Below are positions 34,501 through 41,187 of a stretch of 41,187 bases of DNA, one piece after another (positions within the stretch are counted from its first letter, which is position 1; every line of letters begins with the position of its first letter). A program made the translations under genes and the position numbers. Below the pieces are notes generated by a model. The model had not been told where the DNA came from. It worked only from the letters and a program-made list of their open reading frames with translations, and searched no databases. Location: positions 62,001 to 103,187 of the forward strand of contig NW_014569542.1 in NCBI RefSeq assembly GCF_000743755.1, read 5' to 3'. Origin of the DNA: Blastocystis sp. subtype 4. Its lineage: Eukaryota.

Positions 34501-36957
34501 TGTTAGTTAGCAGTATTGCTGAGGGATTTGGATTGTGTGCGGATTTGTTAGAAGAGAGCGTAGCAGAAGAGATAGTGGCTGGATTGTGCTCAGAAGCTCT
34601 TCTGACAAAAGACCAACGGTCTGATGTGTTGAGAAGAATGAGTGAACGGTTATCTACAACAGTTTTATCACAAAGTACAATCTATCGCTGTGAGAGTATG
34701 ATTCTGAATGCTCTGGAGGAGAATTCTCAGAATAGTGAGGCTTGGCGGACATATGCCTCCTTCCTCTCGTATCACGCAAACCGATCTCCATCTGAAATCA
34801 TTCATGCATTATTGTATAGTCTACAAGGATGTAAGAAGGTGAATTTCAGTGCAGTATGTCAAATCCTTCAGATCGTGAATGAATTACACTCAGATGATGA
34901 GAGAAGATGTCTTCAAGATGTATCAAGATGTCCTGGTGCAGCTTTCTTACCGTTTATTGCAGTACTTTTTTCACCTGAGAAGACAACAAAGAATCACAAG
35001 CCATTCCTTGATTTGCTTCAGGCTGTATATCCTGAAGAGAGTTGGTATTATTTGTATTTGATGCAACGATTGAATTCTCCAGGTCTGGCTCAATCCTTAT
35101 CTCTGTTTCAACCTCTTCGAGGAAGGTATCCACAATCAAATGTAAGTGTACGAATATCATATTAAGCCTAGTGGAATGTGTATGGAACCACTGATCAACC
35201 TCCTTTGCGCATAGTGAATGTGGAATGGAATGCTTTTATGCTTGGTTTTTCAGCAAAATACCCACAATTAGAGGCAGCACTTCGATTCTTTACTGAAACC
35301 TTTCTCCAAAGTCCTTGTGATCTTTGTCGTCAGTTACATGCAGCTCTGGACAGCTTATATCTTGAGGTTTGTGATATTCTCGCTGAAACTCCAGATAGTG
35401 AAATCCCCGAAAGAATTATCGAGTGTTTAGAGCAGTTAGCTGCTTTTCTATTCGATACAACAACTCCAACTCCTGTTAACAATGCATTCATTACCACATA
35501 TGGCCCTTCCTTCTTTAGAGACTTTGTTAGCTTCATTCCATCTACTGAAGTATATGTATCAAAACTTGGAACAACTCACTGTTCCACTAATGTTGAGAAG
35601 TCATCCACATTCCCACGATCGCTAAGAGAGCTTGGAGAGTTATTATTACGATGGTGCTTGTATCTCGAAGAGATCGTGAAGAATCAGTCCTTTTTTAGTC
35701 TTCCGGATTCTAATATAATGCAGTTTTGGAGACTTCTTCCGTTTGTACATGTACCTTCTCAGTGGCAGTATGGTTATCCTTTGAATTCTTGTCCAGTGAT
35801 TCAAACAGTATCACTACATCAGATGGCTCCTGAGCTATATGCAAAGGACCACTCCTCACGGTTCTTTGAACTTATTGACGAGTATGGGAAATCTCACTAT
35901 TACTCTCTCCAGCTACGTCATCCCCTTGACGTACTGTTAACACTCTCCACAGTAACCTCCCAACTGTTTATTCAACTCAGTTTCTTTGAGCGAGAAGGAT
36001 CATTACCTCCTATGTCGCTCCCACTCTGTATTCCCACAATGACTCCAGTCCATCCCTGTGCTTTATTAGTGGAGACAAATCTCACTATGACAAGTCTACG
36101 AGGGGTTGTCGAGTCTACCTTTAAGAATCAGCATGTCCCATTTACTCAGAAATTATGGAATACCATAACAACGACACATCATGAGGAGGTCCTCTCATCA
36201 ATGCGTCAAATTGTTCCTCAGGACTGTTTGAAGCAGTTTGTGTTAGTATTATAGGAAGGACTTACCTGTAGTTGGCATCATATAACTAGTATCAGTGACT
36301 ATGAGGTTTGGAAAGAGAATTTCTCACATCATGCAGCATCCTTTGCATTCTTCCAGTTGATGTGGAAGTAAGAAAAGAAGGATTGATTCATATTTAGCTC
36401 TTCAGAAGTGTCTCCTTCAGATCTCCTCGTAGACCTGCGGACTGGAAAGATTCATGTATTCAACTTAGAACCATGTTATTACGTGGACCATAATGTGTTC
36501 CGCTTTGTTCCTGTAACATCCGTTCCGTTCCGTTTCTTATATCCTTATGTTGTGTGAAGAGTAGTAGCTTAACTGAACGAATTGTTTTTCCCCATTAATT
36601 GATGATATTCAATATCACGGTTATTACGTCTGTACCTTAAGTCAATTACTGATAGGAGTCATGAATCATTCTATTGTTATGACTCTGCTGGAACTATTAG
36701 AGAAGCAACATTGTACATATGCGTGTATGACTCTAACAGATGAGTCAAGATTTGATGAGAGTTCGAAAGGGAATACGAGAATAATTAGAGATCGGCTTTT
36801 GAATTACAAGTGGTCGACGGTTGTAGGTATGGCAGATCCCCAGAGTTTGAACTACAAAATCGATCGTGTACTTGACTATGTTTGGAAGTTGGGTGACGTG
36901 GCTCGCAGTCAACAGTATCAGGACCAAGAGCGCATGTCTCTATTTCCATGGCTATAG
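25540..36957 (+). CDS. TRRAP: TRRAP/Tra1 PIKK-family pseudokinase (SAGA/NuA4 scaffold), divergent
   Basis: About 11.4 kb of HEAT-like helical exons; FAT-like region (YWLILFPAAWNAL; AYYELLEDWKNA; WRQNLP...WDKVSGWR); kinase-like domain with VPFRF but no DxxxxN/DFG; FATC ending in FPWL*. Confidence 0.82.
36539..36578 (+). other. U12-type AT-AC intron in TRRAP (40 nt)
   Basis: ATATCCTTAT...TAGCTTAAC-TGAAC; removal puts SVPFRFL in frame with ORF 36661-36957. Confidence 0.85.
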
Positions 36958-36987
36958 TTACATTATGTGTGTTAAGATACAATTCAC

Positions 36988-37515
36988 TTATTTTATCGAT
37001 CTTGGAATTACTACTTGGGACGGAACGAGTTTTCCAGACTTATTCTTGTTTGACACAGCATCTGACCGAACTCGCTGTTGAAGTTCCATCCTTCGAGGCT
37101 CTGATTTCTTTGATACAACTAGTACTTTAGAACTCTTTTTTTTGGAGGTTGATTTCAGATCACTTGGTTTGGTAACTTTAGGTTGCCTGGGTGTCAGTTT
37201 CTCTTCTGTGATAACTTCAGCTGCAGATTTCTTTGTAACAACCGATTTGGATAGTATTGATGGTTCATTAGGCCCATTTGTTTTCCATTTTTTGCTTGAT
37301 TTCGTTCCTATTCATTAGAATTCCTAGAAACAATAACGAATTGGGGTTACGGATTTGATAGGTTTTGCAAGTGGAATATTGGTCCATAAGTCTTCTGTAC
37401 TCCTATCCATCGAAATATACACTCAATCCTACATGATCAACTCTTGAGAGAATTGAGGATTAATATAGCCCTAACAGTAATTAGACACCATAAATCCCAC
37501 TCTAAGATGGTTCAT
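36988..37515 (-). CDS. Small Lys/Ser-rich hypothetical protein
   Basis: Three 30-nt GT-AG introns link MNHLR-GYINPQFSQELIM-STEDLWTNIPLAKP...-RTKSSKKW...PRSIK*; TGTATCTT lies 7 nt after the stop. Confidence 0.6.
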
Positions 37516-37641
37516 TATTGAATTTGTAACTTCGATGGTTTTCGTTCATTAAGCCTAATTCGGTTAGATGCCTAATTCTCACACTAAAGAGTTTTTGTGT
37601 TCATCTTGAGTTGGGTTGAAGTTACGTTACCCTAAGGAGTC

Positions 37642-39567
37642 ATGAGTATTCTGTAGAGATCGAGAAGGGTGATGATTGTCTAGTCCAACCCAAAAACAGG
37701 GATACTCCTCCACAGATGGACTATCAGAAAGTGAGAAGGTGGATTTGACGGTATCTGCGTATGAGGACAATCCAAGAGAGAGATTTGGTCCAATAAGTTA
37801 TTCCATTAACCGTGCATCGTGGCCTCGAAAAAGCCCATTAGAATTATCTCCTGACTATCGTTCTTCAGGTAATCAGATACTGCGTTGGAGTGTAGCTTCG
37901 TGTTCTGTACAACCAAAACCTGGAAGTGGCTATTGTACTGAAGCAGTAATGCGTGAACTTTAGATGAAACACGTTATTTGGAGAATACTCCTCGCAACAG
38001 TGTATACCACTATGATTCTGCATTAACCAGTTCTCCCAAACTTCCAGGAGGTGGAAATGAATGTTATCGTTATTCTCTACCTCTTAATCATTGTGTGACT
38101 TCCCAAGAAAGTGACGATATACCAAACCGTCGGCAATGTACAGAGAATATCTGTGTTTTGATGGTTAGTCTCTTATTCGTCGACTCCTGGTTTGGAGGGT
38201 CTTCCCGAAGATCCATTATTCAATGCTGTTTCTACTCCAGAGAGTCCATTGAATTCGAACATAGATCTTCGGCTGATAGACCAAGATATTCCTGCCATTT
38301 TTCATCGAGGAGGTGGACGACGAGGAAGCGTGCGTCTTGGTTCTGGAAATTTCCAAGATTTATCAGTGTTGACAATGAATTACTCCACTCTTCCCCAGTC
38401 GCCTATGAATACACATAATTCTCTATCTCGGCGAAGCAGTCATTCCTCAGTGAATGTACCATCCAACCGACTGCGGAATATGTCAGACACTCACTCATCC
38501 TCGGCTCTACTCCGATCTGCGTGCCCAGATATGGATAGTGATGAGTTAAATATCACAGCAGAGTCGTCTGGAGCAGGCAGTCGTTTAGGGTCAGAACGTG
38601 TTCACTCTCTGGTATATCATCAGTACCATCCGTCTTATGACTTCAGTACTTTTCCGTCGTCACCATCGACAGGTCCTGGTAATGGCCCAGAAGAAGTGGT
38701 TCCAGTTAGTGTGTTAGTTCCTCATCAAGACTGTATTCCCGTGGATTCCATAGAATCAGGTAACGGCCGTACAGATGGTAAGAAATGGAGATGGCTAAGA
38801 CCTAGAAGTGGGGAATCTTTTGCGTGTTCTATTGACGATCTCGTCGAAGTACGACTTTTCACGACTTTCTATTCGCTGTACTTGTAATTGTCATGATCTC
38901 AATCCAAATGCTCCAGCAAATGCACGATTATGTTATGATTATTTGAATACTGGGAAATGTAAGCGTGATATGGCAGGAGAAATCTGTCGTTTTCGTCATT
39001 TGCCACCAAATCATATTGATTCTGTAGTAGATAAGATCCGGAATGGGAAAATGCCTGTCTGTTTAATTCGACAGTGTGGTGATGTGTTTTATGTTGCTAG
39101 TAGGAGTGAAAGGAAGAATCGATTCTAGATATGCCTGGATATGATAAATCGTATCCTGGAGAACTGAATCAATTTGCTCAAGTGGATGCTGAGTTATGTC
39201 TCGAGTTTAACTTGTCTGGAATGTAAGGATCAGAAAAAGATATGAGTGTAGTTGTCCCAATGAACAATTAGGTCGTCATTGTCCCTACCGACATCTTATA
39301 GAATGTCATCCGGAGCGAATAGCATTGTTGTATCAATACGGTCGATTGACAGAGTTTGAAGCGAATGCCTGGTTGTTGTGTCCGTGTGCAGCTAAGGAGG
39401 TGAATCCGTTTGGAAGTCCACATGAGAAGATGTGTTATGACTATTTGAATACGCATGTGTGTAAAAGGAACCAAGAGGGGAAGATTTGTCGTTTTCGACA
39501 TTGTCTCCCTAGTCATGAGGATGCTGTGAGAGATCGAATGAAGAATGCAGAGATTCGGTCAAAGTGA
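37642..39567 (+). CDS. Tandem CCCH zinc-finger protein with Ser-rich N-terminal region
   Basis: Three fingers CYDYLNTGKCKRDMAGEICRFRH, CLEFNLSGICPNEQLGRHCPYRH and CYDYLNTHVCKRNQEGKICRFRH; exons joined by ~28-31-nt introns. Confidence 0.8.
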
Positions 39568-39603
39568 GTTTGCAACGAGTTTGTTCAACAAAAGCAAAAT
39601 CCA

Positions 39604-40780
39604 CTATAAGTTGGCCATTTGCCAAAGCGCTAAGTTATCCGCTGGCGTGTACCGGTGGACTGCCCAGATCTTTGAATATTTGTCCCCTGAATATGCTAAG
39701 GGATAGTACTGAACTTTGTAATAGGGAAAAGACACAAGACTAATATTTGAAATAGCCACAATTTGTCCCAGGAACACATCATCAAAATAGATAATGGGTC
39801 CGATATTTTCACATTGTTTTACAATAACTGGTAGAATATCACGAGTCATTGATAGGAAACAACCTGACATATATGGACTGAAGACTTCATTGGGAAATAC
39901 TGATTTAGAAAGATAATAACGACTTACAGAAACACGAATTGGTTTTCCTCCCACGATCTTATTTCCAATCAAGGCATTTGTTCGTTTCTGACTCAAAAAC
40001 TGAGAAACATAAGCATATGGATTAAACCACATATCATTATCAGCACGTGTGTAATACTGAATATGAGGACAATAATAATCGGTCCAATTGTATGTTAAGA
40101 TTGCTAAAAGAGTGAGATTCATAAAATGGTTCTTCATATCAAATTGAATAATGTCGTGATAGTACTCATTCTCCTCTTTCAACATGCGATCTCCTTCAGG
40201 ATCATTCTCATCCTGACCTGCAAAGAACAAATGTTTCACACGAACCCCATTCACATTCCGGACACTACCCCAAGAATGACGCGTTCCCATTCGTTCCAGA
40301 AACTGACGAGGACCAACAGGAGATCCAATCAGCACTTGAGGGTCTGATGAACAAGCATCCGGGTTATTTAAGATAATATGATAGGGATGAGGATACTTCA
40401 TCACCATATCTTCTTCACGATACACCTTCTTAGCATAAATTACATCCTCTTTGAATGAGAAGCACTTCTTTGTATCGTTTGAATGAAGCACACAGTCATA
40501 CACCTTCTTACTTTCAGAATACAGATAGTCTTGAACTAGAGAGTTCCTTTCTGAAAATGGCATTTGCTCATATTCACGAGTAGCCATAAATGCTTTCATG
40601 TCTGCAAATCATCCTAATTCTTTATTATTTACCATCATATGACTTTGTATTAATAGACAGAGAAGGAGTATCCACAGTTGGAGATTGAGACTTATCAACG
40701 GTATACTGTCCTATTGAAAAGGAAAGGTACAGAAAATAAGCTGCAATTACAAAAGAAAGGAAGAGTCGCCGAGTATTCAT
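39604..40780 (-). CDS. GT31 beta-1,3-galactosyltransferase-family type II membrane protein
   Basis: N-terminal TM anchor; ERMGTRHSWG, EENEYYHDIIQ, NLTL, RADNDMW, PYMSG, DDVFLG. Start could instead be 40816. Confidence 0.88.
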
Positions 40781-41075
40781 CCTTAGTTTGTATGAAATGA
40801 ATACGAGTTTTCTCATTCATTGGAAAGTTGACATACACTGATTTGGAAGGTGAACCTATAGTTTGCCACAGAGGTCACCAATCTGGAAATCCATCATTCG
40901 TTTCTTGCTAATACATGCTTTAAGTTTCTATGAGTATTAAGAAACTAAATGGAAGAATGAGAGAGAAACAGATGTTATTATCAAGAAACTTGATAATCAA
41001 TGAATCCCTTTTTGTTTTCCCCTTTGAAACTCCCATAGCGGGAAATGAGACTCACCATTGATTTCTTCAACTATC

Positions 41076-41187
41076 ATGGCATTTGTTGCTTCCTCTAAGA
41101 ATTTGATGCTCAGTAGGAGGTAGTTCGAATAGATGACATATAGAGAGTGGTTGTTTCATTCGAGCTTTTTCTGCCGCTGTTGGTGCT
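41076..41187 (+). CDS. 5' start of a gene with predicted mitochondrial/MRO presequence (truncated by window end)
   Basis: With a 28-nt intron at 41120-41147: MAFVASSKNLMLSRSGCFIRAFSAAVGA..., no acidic residues, R-x-F-S cleavage-like motif. Confidence 0.55.

Noticed and set aside
29766..35034. Other RTATCCT matches inside TRRAP (about 29766, 32781, 33606, 34222, 35027)
   Set aside because: They lie within long open exons, with no frame break needing an intron and no clear branch box plus AC about 40 nt downstream.
515..40347. Many antisense or alternate-frame ORFs in the track (e.g. 515-772, 11814-12359, 22718-23095, 40126-40347)
   Set aside because: They are shadow ORFs of real genes on the other strand or frame, with no independent signals.
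1..41187. CRISPR arrays, transposons, rRNA/tRNA genes, prokaryotic operons, alternative genetic code
   Set aside because: No repeat-spacer arrays, transposase or RT motifs, or structured RNA genes were seen. The internal stops I checked are explained by short introns under the standard code.

Overview
Eukaryotic nuclear DNA, not prokaryotic. It is a very gene-dense, intron-rich stretch with introns of about 27-33 nt and TGTTTGTT-like motifs just after gene ends. These traits match Blastocystis (stramenopile gut protist); the assignment is inferred from genome style. About 19 spliced genes can be rebuilt by hand: COPI beta', SKP1, proteasome beta5, a 7TM-C2-inositol polyphosphate 4-phosphatase fusion, a putative mitochondrion-related-organelle (MRO) protein, a HAD phosphatase, a GT49/LARGE-like glycosyltransferase, GH89 NAGLU, a SET/LSMT-like methyltransferase, Yip1, an ELM2/PLU-1-like protein, Polo-like kinase, peptidase C45, TRRAP/Tra1, a CCCH zinc-finger protein, a GT31 galactosyltransferase and hypotheticals. 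Highlights: (1) a GPCR-like 7TM domain spliced in frame to an intact INPP4 phosphatase; (2) seven ultrashort (38-43 nt) minor-spliceosome (U12) introns, six AT-AC and one AT-AG, three of them in NAGLU; (3) stop codons predicted to be completed by polyadenylation; (4) back-to-back 3'-end signals shared by convergent gene pairs. All exon structures are manual reconstructions without transcript data.
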